From Phycisphaerae bacterium (GTDB lineage Bacteria; Planctomycetota; Phycisphaerae; UBA1845; Fen-1342): DNA of 64,000 nucleotides. Made by a program: the position numbers and the translations under genes. Under the pieces are notes generated by a model. The model did no database searches. It saw nothing but the letters and a program-made list of their open reading frames with translations, and had not been told where the DNA came from. Positions 39,719 to 49,066 of the stretch are shown piece by piece; position 1 is the stretch's first letter; each line of letters starts with the position of its first letter. Location of the stretch: positions 1 to 64,000 of the forward strand of contig CAXXTC010000006.1 in assembly GCA_963666925.2 (NCBI GenBank). Reading direction: 5' to 3'.

Positions 39719-39787
39719 GTCCCCCTGCCGATGGTATCGGTGCCCCCCCGTGCTGCGCAACGGGATGGGGCACTCAACCTTCACAGT

Positions 39788-39928
39788 GTGGCGCGGGCCA
39801 ATAGCCCGCGATTCGCATGGGCGAATTCGCCGTTGGCGAACCTGCCCATGCCACCCCAAATGGGGCACCCGCATGGCCGGCGGGACGCCCCCTCCCACAT
39901 CGAAGTGGGTCGGCCGTCTCGGCCGACT
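39788..39928. repeat. Cluster of REP-like palindromes (families B and A) between convergent genes
   Basis: 39807-39857 is a reverse-complement match to 45121-45169; 39902-39928 matches 35647-35673 with one mismatch. Confidence 0.7.
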
Positions 39929-39952
39929 GTCGAGGCAGGCCAACTTGCTGAT

Positions 39953-40666
39953 TTATACCGTGACGGGTGTCTTGCGCCGGCGACGGCGCTTTTTGACGAT
40001 GCCAAGCCGGGGGGCGTGCGGCGTGCGTGGCGGCAATTCGTTGGCAGCCTGGAGCACGTCGCGGGGCCGTTCGTGATAGGCATCCGCTCCGACCTCGCGC
40101 CATAGTCCGTCGGCACGTGCGAAGATACCGCCGGTAACTATGACGTTCATGGTCGGGCACACACCGATCTCGCGAATCCGTTCAATCATGCTGCGGGTAG
40201 CCGGCACGACTTCGGGGTCAGCGCCGAAGATGACCAGGACGTTCGGACGCAGTTCACCGACTATGCCGAGCACCTCGTCATCGGGCACGCCGCCGCCCAC
40301 AAACCACACGTCCCACCCGTCGGCCTGGAGCAGGTCGGCGACGAGCTGTGCGCCCAGCTCTTCGTGCGGCGTAGCGGCACAGGCAACCACGGCGCGCCGG
40401 CCACGCGAATCGCTGGTGGGCAAATGGGCCTGCAACTGGTCGGCGACGGTACGGTTAATGCGGCAGGCCATGTGCTCGATGACCGTGTTGATGCGGTCAT
40501 CGCGGTACAGCCGATCGACCTGGGCCATCGCCGGCCAGATCACGTCATGGACCAGCTCTTCCGCAGGCGCCCCACCGTGGAGTGCCTGGGTGACAAGCTG
40601 GAAACACTCGGCCCGACGGCCGGCAAGTAGCGGCTGAAGATAACGAATCAGGAACGGCTCGGGCAT
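39953..40666 (-). CDS. Stand-alone cobalamin(B12)-binding-domain protein (cap + Rossmann domains)
   Basis: IWPAMAQVDRLY...IEHMA cap; EELGAQLVADLLQADGWDVWFVGGGVP; VIVTGG; VGADAY; basic tail. Confidence 0.8.
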   Translation of the reverse strand: MPEPFLIRYLQPLLAGRRAECFQLVTQALHGGAPAEELVHDVIWPAMAQVDRLYRDDRINTVIEHMACRINRTVADQLQAHLPTSDSRGRRAVVACAATPHEELGAQLVADLLQADGWDVWFVGGGVPDDEVLGIVGELRPNVLVIFGADPEVVPATRSMIERIREIGVCPTMNVIVTGGIFARADGLWREVGADAYHERPRDVLQAANELPPRTPHAPRLGIVKKRRRRRKTPVTV

Positions 40667-41100
40667 GGACGGTGACTCCACAAAGCGCCCGTCGTCGGCT
40701 GCCTCCAGACGCAGCTACCCAGCGGGGTAGCCAACGGGCTCGGACCACGTCGACGCAGCATCCATGCCGCTTTTGATTGGGGTTTGAACGGGGGGCGGAC
40801 ACCGGCCCGTCTACCGCGACCGATGCCTCCAACTGTGGGGGCGTATCGGAATCCCTGCCGGCCCGGCTTGAGGGCAGAAATGCCCCAAAAACCCGCTGGC
40901 AGCAGATGCCCCCCACAGCACGCGGTCCGATAGCGCCGGACGCTTCACACGCGTGGCTTGCGACATTCATTTTCGGAACCCTGCCCTCCGGCCGACAACC
41001 CGCGCCCGCGTTGCCACCAACCGGTCCAGATTCATCCCGGTACATCTTGCGCCACCGGCACCCCCACCGGCTCCTCGACCAGCGCCGGCGCCGGACCCGC

Positions 41101-41128
41101 TTGACACCGGGACCGCAGGGTATACCGT
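41101..41128 (+). promoter_or_regulatory. Candidate sigma70 promoter upstream of small ORF-tig-clpP
   Basis: TTGACA-16-TACCGT. Confidence 0.4.
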
Positions 41129-41190
41129 ACAGGGTCCGCCGCCGGGCCCGATCACATCGACCGTCGCTCCGCGGCACCAGGAGATGCAAT

Positions 41191-41376
41191 ATGCAAGCCA
41201 AGCGGATACGCGTACAGAAGTGGTGTGTCGTCATGTCGACCGGAGGCCTGACACTGGGCATTATCCAGGGATTCTCATTGGTCAATTTCGCCCAGATCTT
41301 CACCTCACTGCTGGCCACCTGGCTGTCGATCATCGTTACCGCGCTGTTCGGCGGAGACGTCAGCTCGTTCCTGTAA
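41191..41376 (+). CDS. Small hydrophobic membrane protein (61 aa)
   Basis: AGGAGA RBS at 41179-41184; MQAKRIRVQKWCVVMSTGGLTLGIIQGFSLVNFAQIFTSLLATWLSIIVTALFGGDVSSFL. Confidence 0.6.
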   Translation: MQAKRIRVQKWCVVMSTGGLTLGIIQGFSLVNFAQIFTSLLATWLSIIVTALFGGDVSSFL

Positions 41377-41491
41377 TCCGTGCCCTGATCCGCCTGGTCA
41401 TGGATCACCGGCGACCGGCGGCGTCTACCCGGCGAGCGGGTGGCGACAGGCTCACTGGCACTGCCAGACAACCACTCTAGCGGAGAGCACA

Positions 41492-42997
41492 ATGGATATA
41501 CCCGGAGCTTCCGGCGCTGTCGATCCCGAGGCCTTTGCCCACGCGCAAGAAGAGCAGGAGCGCCTGCTCGAAAACCTCAAAAAGGAAGTCCAGGCCGACT
41601 TCAAGGACATCGGCGTGCTCCGTAAGGAGATGACGGTAACCGTCCCTCAACAGATCATCGCCGACCACATGGAGCACAACTACGACGAGCTCATGAGCGA
41701 CGCCCTGGTCCCCGGGTTCCGCAAGGGCCGGGCCCCGCGCCGACTGATTGAGAAACGCTTCGGATCAGAAGTGCGCGAGTCGTTGATCTCGTCCATTCTC
41801 GGACAGTCCTATTTTGCCGCGATCGAGAACAACGAGCTCGACGTGCTTGGGGACCCGCTGTTCCGCATGGCCGAAGACGATAACGTCAAGCTGGTCGGTT
41901 TCGACGAAGCGCTGCACCATTTCGAGCTGCCCGAGCAGGGCGAGTTCACCTTCACCTGCGAAATCGAGCTCAAACCGACGTTCGAGTTGCCGGAGCTGAC
42001 CGGCATCGAGATTGAAGCACCGGAGCTTGAGATTACGAAGGAAATGGTCGACGAGCAGATGCTCCAGCGGCGCAAGATTCGCGGCCGGTATGAGCCCGTA
42101 TCCGACGCCGGCGCCACTCGCGACGACCAGTTGATTGCCGATGCGGTGCTCACGTCCGACGACACTGAAGTCAAGCGTGAGGAGAACGTCACGCTGGGCG
42201 TGCGCCCCACGCGCCTGGACGGTATCGCCCTGATGAAACTGGACGAAGTGCTCGAAGGCGTCAAGGTCGGCGAGGTGCGCAAGACAGAGTGCACCATTCC
42301 GGACGACTACGAGCGGGCCGACCTGCGCGGTAAGCCCGGCGAGTTCGCCTTCCACGTCCACGAGATCAAGCGACTCGTGCCCGAACCCATGGAGACCTTC
42401 CTCCAGTCCTGGGGCTTCGAGAACGAAGACGAAGCCCGTGAACATTTCCGCGAGGAGCTCAACGCCGAACGCGAGCAACTCGTCGATCGCGAGAAGAAGG
42501 CCCAGATCGAGCAGTTTCTGCTCGACCACACCACCCTGGATCTGCCGGCCGACTTCTCGGCCCGCCAGACGGACCGCGCCGTCATGCGCCGCGTGATCGA
42601 GCTCGAACAGCGTGGCGTCCCGCTCAGCGACGTCGAAACCCACATCGACGAGCTACGCACCTCCGCCACCGAACAGGTGGCCCGCGAACTGCGGCTCGGT
42701 TTCATTCTCGAAAAGGTGGCCGAGAAGCTGGAAATCAGCATCACCGACGAGGAGGTCAACACGGCGATCGCCCGCATGGCCCAGATGTACGGCCGGCGGT
42801 TCGACCGGGTCCGCGACGATCTCCAGAATCGTGGGCTGCTCGGCCAGCTCGTCGAGCAGCTCCGCCAGGACAAGTGCATCGCCCAGTTGCTGGATGACGC
42901 AAAAATAACTGCCGCGGCTGCCGATAAGACCCAGAAGAAGTCCGCCACCAAGAAGACCAGCAAAAAGAAGACCGGCGGAAAGCAGAAAGAAGACTGA
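41492..42997 (+). CDS. tig: Trigger factor
   Basis: VPGFRKGRAP ribosome-binding motif; LRGKPGEF; upstream of clpP. Confidence 0.95.
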   Translation: MDIPGASGAVDPEAFAHAQEEQERLLENLKKEVQADFKDIGVLRKEMTVTVPQQIIADHMEHNYDELMSDALVPGFRKGRAPRRLIEKRFGSEVRESLISSILGQSYFAAIENNELDVLGDPLFRMAEDDNVKLVGFDEALHHFELPEQGEFTFTCEIELKPTFELPELTGIEIEAPELEITKEMVDEQMLQRRKIRGRYEPVSDAGATRDDQLIADAVLTSDDTEVKREENVTLGVRPTRLDGIALMKLDEVLEGVKVGEVRKTECTIPDDYERADLRGKPGEFAFHVHEIKRLVPEPMETFLQSWGFENEDEAREHFREELNAEREQLVDREKKAQIEQFLLDHTTLDLPADFSARQTDRAVMRRVIELEQRGVPLSDVETHIDELRTSATEQVARELRLGFILEKVAEKLEISITDEEVNTAIARMAQMYGRRFDRVRDDLQNRGLLGQLVEQLRQDKCIAQLLDDAKITAAAADKTQKKSATKKTSKKKTGGKQKED

Positions 42998-43048
42998 TTT
43001 CCGTCGCCGCGGGCAGGGAGTCCCGCGAAGCTTGGCAAAGGAGAGCGC

Positions 43049-43696
43049 ATGCCGGTAAGTTGGCCAGATCACGAACGCTTCCGGGCCCAGGGTGGCCAGC
43101 CCCAGGCCTGGCGCCAGATGGGGCTCAACGAACTGCTGTTGGAGAACCGGATTATCTTCCTGGATCTCCCGCTGGACCCGAGCATCACCATCAGCGGCAG
43201 CACGGTGAGTTCGCACGTCATCAAGAGCATGCTGTACCTGCAATCGATCAAGCGCGACCAGGACATCCACCTTTATATCAACTGTCCCGGCGGCGCAATC
43301 GACGACACGCTCGCGATCTATGACACCATGCGCTTCCTCAAGTGCGAAATCGCGACCTATTGCGTCGGCAGTGCCAGCAGCGGAGCGGCGTGGATCCTGT
43401 CGGCCGGCACCAAGGGCAAGCGTTTCGCCCTGCCGCACGCGAAGATCATGATCCACCAGCCGTGGGGCTACGTTGCCGGCCAGGCCTCCGACATGCGCAT
43501 CCAGGCTGAGGAGATCATCCGCGTCAAGCAGACGTTGATCGACATCATGGCGGAGAACACCGGGCGCGATAAGTCGCAGATCGAGCAGGACATCGAGCGC
43601 GACCGCTTCATGAGCGCCGCGGAAGCAAAGGAATACGGGCTGATCGACGAAATCCTCGAAGAAACCCGCCCCACCAAATCCAGGAAGAAGGCCTAG
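43049..43696 (+). CDS. clpP: Clp protease proteolytic subunit (paralogue 1)
   Basis: LYINCPGG, GSASSGAA, IMIHQP, ERDRFMSAAEAKEYGLID. Confidence 0.93.
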   Translation: MPVSWPDHERFRAQGGQPQAWRQMGLNELLLENRIIFLDLPLDPSITISGSTVSSHVIKSMLYLQSIKRDQDIHLYINCPGGAIDDTLAIYDTMRFLKCEIATYCVGSASSGAAWILSAGTKGKRFALPHAKIMIHQPWGYVAGQASDMRIQAEEIIRVKQTLIDIMAENTGRDKSQIEQDIERDRFMSAAEAKEYGLIDEILEETRPTKSRKKA

Positions 43697-43713
43697 CAGG
43701 AGGCGCCCCAGGC

Positions 43714-44340
43714 ATGAATCCATCCAATACGCTGATCCCGATCGTCATCGAGCGCGAAGGCCGAGCCGAACGTTCGTACGACATATACTCGCGTCTCTTG
43801 CGTGACCGCATCATCTTCCTGGGCGACGAGGTTGACTCGCACCTGTCGAACCTGGTCATCGCCCAGTTGCTGTTCCTCGCCAATGAGGATCGCAAGGCCG
43901 ACATCCACCTGTATATCAACTCGCCCGGCGGGGCGGTCTACAGCGGCATGGGCATCTACGACACGATGCAGTTCATCCCCTGCTCGGTAGCGACGTACGT
44001 TATCGGTGCCGCCGCCAGCATGGCAGCCGTCCTCTTTGCGGCCGGCGCGCCCGGAAAGCGTTTTGTCCTACCACACTCCCGCGTGATGATCCACCAGCCG
44101 CTCGGCGGTGCCCGCGGGCCGGCCACTGACATCAAGATCGAGCTCGACGAGATGCTGCGTACCCAGCAGCAGCTCTACACCGTCCTGGGCCAACACGCCG
44201 GCAAGACGCTCGACGAGATCACTGCCGATTGTGACCGCAACAAGTGGATGGATGCCGAGGAGTCCGTGGCCTACGGCCTGGCCGACAAGGTTCTTCAGGC
44301 ATTCCCCGAAAGCGATCCCCCTTCGTTACGCCCGGTGTGA
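43714..44340 (+). CDS. clpP: Clp protease proteolytic subunit (paralogue 2)
   Basis: ERSYDIYSRLLRDRIIFL, YINSPGG, AASMAA, MIHQP, DRNKWM. Confidence 0.95.
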   Translation: MNPSNTLIPIVIEREGRAERSYDIYSRLLRDRIIFLGDEVDSHLSNLVIAQLLFLANEDRKADIHLYINSPGGAVYSGMGIYDTMQFIPCSVATYVIGAAASMAAVLFAAGAPGKRFVLPHSRVMIHQPLGGARGPATDIKIELDEMLRTQQQLYTVLGQHAGKTLDEITADCDRNKWMDAEESVAYGLADKVLQAFPESDPPSLRPV

Positions 44341-45014
44341 TGAAACAGGAAATCACAGTGCCGATTCTCCGGAACACGCGCCGTCGCGCTGGCCGCTTGG
44401 CCCGCGTCGGCGCCGGGACTGCCGGCCTGCTGCTGCCCGCCCTGCTGATTATCGGATGCATGCCGCCGCGTAATGTTGATCTGCAACGCCGCGTCGAGCA
44501 GCTCGAACGCACCGTGGCCCAGCAGGAAAACGATCTCGCCGCCCGCGACAATACCATCACCGCGCTAAACGAGAAGCTCGCCCGGGCCCGCGGCCTCACT
44601 GCCGCCGACCTGGAGCATATTTTCTATCCGGAGAAGATCGCGATCGATCGGCTCTCTGGCGGAGCGGACTACGACGGCAAGCCGGGCGATGACGGGGTAA
44701 CCGTGTATATCCGCCCGGTCGATCGTGACGGCGACGTCGTCAAGGTCGCCGGCGACGTCCGCATCCAGCTTTTCGACTTGTCCGCCCCGGCCGACCGCAA
44801 CTTGATTGGCGAATATTTCGTCTCGGCCGACGAGATCTCGAAGCTCTGGCACGGCAAGCTCATGACCGACCACTACACGATCAAGTGTCCGTGGCCCGGC
44901 ACACCGCCGACCAATCGCGAGATCACCATCCGCGTCACCTTCACCGACTACTTCACGCAGCGCATCCTTTCCGCCCAAACCACCTGCCAGGTAACGCTGC
45001 CACCGAGCCGGTAA
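44340..45014 (+). CDS. Hypothetical lipoprotein with short coiled coil; start uncertain
   Basis: ATG overlaps the clpP stop; basic n-region, hydrophobic stretch, LLIIGC lipobox. Confidence 0.7.
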   Translation: MKQEITVPILRNTRRRAGRLARVGAGTAGLLLPALLIIGCMPPRNVDLQRRVEQLERTVAQQENDLAARDNTITALNEKLARARGLTAADLEHIFYPEKIAIDRLSGGADYDGKPGDDGVTVYIRPVDRDGDVVKVAGDVRIQLFDLSAPADRNLIGEYFVSADEISKLWHGKLMTDHYTIKCPWPGTPPTNREITIRVTFTDYFTQRILSAQTTCQVTLPPSR

Positions 45015-45120
45015 GGCTGCCCCCCCTCCCCTACCAATCGGTGCGTCTGCCACTCCCCGTTGTGCGCGGGTGCCATAACGACATGGGTAGCATGGGCAGG
45101 GCCGCGACGCAGTCGCGGTT

Positions 45121-45169
45121 GGGTGGCATGGGCAGGTTCGTCACCGGCTAATTTGTCCGTGCGAACGCG
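45121..45169. repeat. REP-like element, family B
   Basis: GTGGCATGGGCAGGTTCGTCACCGGCTAATTTGTCCGTGCGAA matches the reverse complement of 39807-39857. Confidence 0.65.
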
Positions 45170-45340
45170 TAACAACATGACAACGGTTGGGAGCATGGAC
45201 ACGTCTTGGTGGGTGGTATATTTGCCCGTGCAAAACGCTGCGGGAGCTGCTTAACCGATCCCCTCCAATAGAAACAGCGCGTCTGCCGACCGCTTGCCGA
45301 CAAACGCGCTGCGTTTGTTCCTACCGCTTATATCCGCCGG

Positions 45341-46735
45341 CTACTGGTCGATCACCTGCCCCATCAGGAACAGGAACTGACTCTGGCGAATCACCGGGAT
45401 GTACATCCGCTCGGCTCGCTCGATCAGCATGTGATATTCCTGGAGTTGAGCCTCACGCTGACGCGCCAGGTCGCGAACCACATCGCTCACCGGCTGGGCT
45501 CGGTCAGTACGCGGAATCTCCGGCTCCGATCCGATCACCACGTAATCCGTCGAGTCGTCCAGCTCGTCGACGACCTGACCGCCCCAGCGACGAATCATGC
45601 CGACCACCTGGTCATAACCGCTCGCGTCCGGCGTGCCGTCATAATCAAGGTCGAAATCGCCACGCACGACGAACTTAGGCTTGCGATCACGCTCGTACGC
45701 GATGTTGACTACTACGTCGCCCTCGATTATCGGCTGTCCCGGCGTACGCCGAACAACCCGGCACTCGGACGTGTCCGGCATGACCGTCACGACCTGGACG
45801 CTGGCCTTGCCACGCAGATCGTCCGAGATACCGCCGGACTGCCCGTAGACCTCAAACCCCAGCCCAACCTTGATGCCGTCGTCGGCGCCCAGGCTGATGT
45901 ACAGCACGTCGCTGCCAGGGATCGCACGCAGAATGCGTCCGTCGGCCTTGGTCAAAATCTCGTCCGGGTCAAACCCGCCCTGCTTCACGCTCGCGATCTG
46001 ATCCTGGAGTTCCTGGATCTCGCGATTCAGCCGAAGAGTCTCGATCTCGGCCTCGCGCTCCGTCTCGAGCTGGCCACGATTAGCCTGCTGCACTTCCTGC
46101 TCGCGATCGTCCAGCTCGCGCTGCAATTCGCGCAACTGGAGGTCCTTCTCGGCGAGCGAGCGTTCGGCGCTCTCGCGGACCTGGCGCATCTGTTCCTGGA
46201 TACTGGCCACTTGCGACTCGAACTGCGTGCGTGTCTCGTCCAATTGCGTGGTGAGAGCCTGGTTGCGTGTCGTCAGGCTATCCACTTCCGCAGCCAGCGA
46301 CGTCGCCTGAGACTCGGCCGCCACCCGCGACTGGTTCAGCTTCTCTAGCGCCACCAGCAACGTGTCGCCTTCGCTGAAGATCCCAGGCTTAGCCTCATTG
46401 ATGGCGGCCATGAGGTTATCGGCCTTGGCCACAACCGTCACGCCGACATCGTCCGGGACGCCGGTTACCAACTCGGACAGCCGGCGCCGGTCGCCGTCGA
46501 GCACCGCAAACACGTTCGAGTTGCGAGCCCGGGCTTCGTCCATGTAATACGCCGGCGGGGACCCGTAGCGGCGTTCCTTGTCGCGCAGGCTGGCCGTCTC
46601 GGCCTCGGCACCCTTGACCCGCGTAAGCGTAAAGATGAAAAGCCCCAGTGCGATCACTGTGAGGATCGCGAACGTTATCATGCCGTAGTGCGCCCCGGTG
46701 AGACCACCTCGGCTGGCCACTGGCCGACCCGCCAT
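45341..46735 (-). CDS. Membrane-anchored coiled-coil protein with C-terminal BRCT-like domain
   Basis: N-terminal TM, long heptad region, beta domain (ISLGADDGIKVG), WGGQVVDELDDSTDYVVIG. Confidence 0.7.
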   Translation of the reverse strand: MAGRPVASRGGLTGAHYGMITFAILTVIALGLFIFTLTRVKGAEAETASLRDKERRYGSPPAYYMDEARARNSNVFAVLDGDRRRLSELVTGVPDDVGVTVVAKADNLMAAINEAKPGIFSEGDTLLVALEKLNQSRVAAESQATSLAAEVDSLTTRNQALTTQLDETRTQFESQVASIQEQMRQVRESAERSLAEKDLQLRELQRELDDREQEVQQANRGQLETEREAEIETLRLNREIQELQDQIASVKQGGFDPDEILTKADGRILRAIPGSDVLYISLGADDGIKVGLGFEVYGQSGGISDDLRGKASVQVVTVMPDTSECRVVRRTPGQPIIEGDVVVNIAYERDRKPKFVVRGDFDLDYDGTPDASGYDQVVGMIRRWGGQVVDELDDSTDYVVIGSEPEIPRTDRAQPVSDVVRDLARQREAQLQEYHMLIERAERMYIPVIRQSQFLFLMGQVIDQ

Positions 46736-46952
46736 CGCACACTCCTATACACCCCCGTCTCGCTCACACTGGAATCCGCTCCCGGAGTGCACCCACCGGG
46801 CACCAAACCGCGGACCCGCTTATGAGGCGGTGAGTATGCGTGATGCCGGTGCGATTGTCAAAATCCATTTCTGCCACGAGCTCGCGTCCGCTTGACCGCC
46901 ACCGCCGCGGAGCCCATCATGCCCCTGGATTCCCCGCACAGCGAGCACCCTC

Positions 46953-47216
46953 ATGGCCAGATCCACCAAGCGACTGAAGTTCGAAAACGCCCTCGAACGC
47001 CTCGACGAAATCGTCGAGCAGATGGAGTCCGGCGAGATCGGGATCGAGGATTCGATCGCCCGCTACGAGGAGGCCATGAAGCTCGCTGCCCATTGTCGCC
47101 AGATTCTCGACGAGGCCGAGCAGCGGATCCAGAAGATCCAGCTCGACGCCGCCGGCCGGCCGCAGGCGGAGCCGTTTGAGCCGCCCGACCAGCTGGAATC
47201 TGACGACGGGGAGTGA
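46953..47216 (+). CDS. xseB: Exodeoxyribonuclease VII small subunit
   Basis: FENALERLDEIVEQMESGEIGIEDSIARYEEAMKL...LDEAEQRI. Confidence 0.93.
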   Translation: MARSTKRLKFENALERLDEIVEQMESGEIGIEDSIARYEEAMKLAAHCRQILDEAEQRIQKIQLDAAGRPQAEPFEPPDQLESDDGE

Positions 47217-47241
47217 TTTGTCGCCCTGAAACGGGGGCTCC

Positions 47242-48042
47242 ATGCCGGTCCACAGCCCGCCAACCAGCGTTTCACTCCTCCGCCGGGTGCTGCACACCCT
47301 GATCGACGCTGCCTTGCCGCAGACCTGCGTCTCCTGCGGAACGTGGATCCCGGGCGACACTGGGCTGATCTGCTCTGAATGTTCGGCCGCCATCGACGCC
47401 GCCCAGGACACCCCCGCCTGCCCCCGCTGCGGGCGTTCGCTGCCCCAGACCGCCATCCACGGCCACGGCTGTGCCCGCTGCCGAAGCGAACATTTTTGGA
47501 ATATCAGCGAACTCGTCCGGGTCGGGCGTTACGACAACCAGCTCCGCCCGCTGCTGCTGGACCTGAAATACCGCGGCCGGGAACGCAATGCCGAGCATCT
47601 CGCCGACCGGCTCGCGGCGATGCTCGCCCAGCGTGGCTGGGTAGCCGATCTGGACGGCCTGGTGCCCGTTCCGATGCACTGGCTGCGGCGCTGGCAACGC
47701 CCTTGCGACCACGCCCGCGTGCTCGCCGATGCCGTCGGCCGGCGTTTGGGCATCCCCACCCTCACCGCAGTCCGCCGACGACGCTATGGACGCAGCCAGA
47801 CGCGTCTGACGACCCGCCATGAGCGGTTCGACAACGTTCGCGGCTGTTTTGATGGCATCCCCCAGGCTGACCGCTTGGTGCGCGGCAAGACCGTCTGCAT
47901 CATCGACAACCTGCTGATGACCGGCGCGACCGTATGCGAGCTGTCGAAGATCCTCCGCCACTTTGGCGCGAAACGCATCTACGCCGCCGTCATCGGCCGA
48001 CCCCCGACGCCCGGCGATCCGGTCGCCGAACCGACTGACTGA
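47242..48042 (+). CDS. comF: ComF-family protein (double zinc ribbon + PRTase-like)
   Basis: CxxC pairs, LKY, VPVPMHWLRRWQR, RFDNVRGCF, IIDNLLMTGAT. Confidence 0.88.
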   Translation: MPVHSPPTSVSLLRRVLHTLIDAALPQTCVSCGTWIPGDTGLICSECSAAIDAAQDTPACPRCGRSLPQTAIHGHGCARCRSEHFWNISELVRVGRYDNQLRPLLLDLKYRGRERNAEHLADRLAAMLAQRGWVADLDGLVPVPMHWLRRWQRPCDHARVLADAVGRRLGIPTLTAVRRRRYGRSQTRLTTRHERFDNVRGCFDGIPQADRLVRGKTVCIIDNLLMTGATVCELSKILRHFGAKRIYAAVIGRPPTPGDPVAEPTD

Positions 48043-48091
48043 GATTGGCCAACTGAAATCGGCCGAAGTTCACCCCCACCTCACCCACATG

Positions 48092-48982
48092 TTATTCCAG
48101 CTCCAGGTTGGCCAGCAGTTCCTGGAGCTGTTTTTTCTGCTCGGCGTTCAGCTCGCACAGTGGCAGCCGAAATTCCTCCGTACACCAGCCCGCCAGCGAC
48201 AGCGCGGTTTTCACCGGCATCGGGTTGGTCTCCAGCGACAACAATGCCCGCGCCGTCGGATACAGCCGCTGGTGCACCGCCCGGGCCGTCGCCACGTCAC
48301 CGGCCAGCATCGCGTCGGTCATCTGTTTTACCGCCCGCGGCACCAGGTTGGCCAACGTGCTGATCGTCCCCACCGCGCCCTGCGCCATCAGCGGCAACGC
48401 CAGCGGATCGTCGCCGCACAGAATGGGAATCTCGCACACCGCGGCCAGATCGGCCGCGTCCATCACGTCCTCGGTGGCGTGCTTGATCGCAACGATGTTC
48501 TCAAAATCGTCGAATAGCCGCTTGATCGTCTCAATGCTCAGCGTCACCCCCGTGCGCGCCGGAATGTTATACAGCACGATCGGCAACTCGGTCGCTTGCG
48601 CGATCGTTTCGTAGTGTCGATACAGACCGTCCTGCGAAGGCCGATTGTAGTACGGCGTCACGATCAACAGCGCATCGGCGCCACAGTCCTCGTTGATCCG
48701 CACCAGCTCCAGCGTTTCGGCCGTCGAGTTCACGCCCGCACCAGCCAACACCGTTGCCTTTCGCCGGGCCAGCTTCGATACCAGCGAAACGACCGGGCGG
48801 TGCTCCGCCATCGACAATGCTGACGCCTCGCCGGTCGTACCGCACGGCACCAGCCCGTCCACCCCGGCCTCAAGCTGCCGCTCAACCAGCTTCTCGAGGG
48901 CCGGCAGATCGACACTGCCTTCCCGAAACGGAGTGACCAGCGCTGTAATCGTGCCCTGCAACGGTTTGAACGACGCCTTCAT
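48092..48982 (-). CDS. dapA: 4-hydroxy-tetrahydrodipicolinate synthase
   Basis: ALVTPF, CGTTGE, TPYYNRPSQ, LYNIPARTG, AIKHA, ETNPMPVK. Confidence 0.96.
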   Translation of the reverse strand: MKASFKPLQGTITALVTPFREGSVDLPALEKLVERQLEAGVDGLVPCGTTGEASALSMAEHRPVVSLVSKLARRKATVLAGAGVNSTAETLELVRINEDCGADALLIVTPYYNRPSQDGLYRHYETIAQATELPIVLYNIPARTGVTLSIETIKRLFDDFENIVAIKHATEDVMDAADLAAVCEIPILCGDDPLALPLMAQGAVGTISTLANLVPRAVKQMTDAMLAGDVATARAVHQRLYPTARALLSLETNPMPVKTALSLAGWCTEEFRLPLCELNAEQKKQLQELLANLELE

Positions 48983-49066
48983 GAGCTTTCCTTACGTATT
49001 GACTGCGGCTGGCGAATGGGCCAAACCGATCCACATCGCCTTTTTGAGTGACTGCGTAGTGTACCC

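Noticed and set aside
47899..47935. Degenerate PRPP motif in ComF (IDNLLMTG)
   Set aside because: ComF proteins vary here; not enough to claim a changed function
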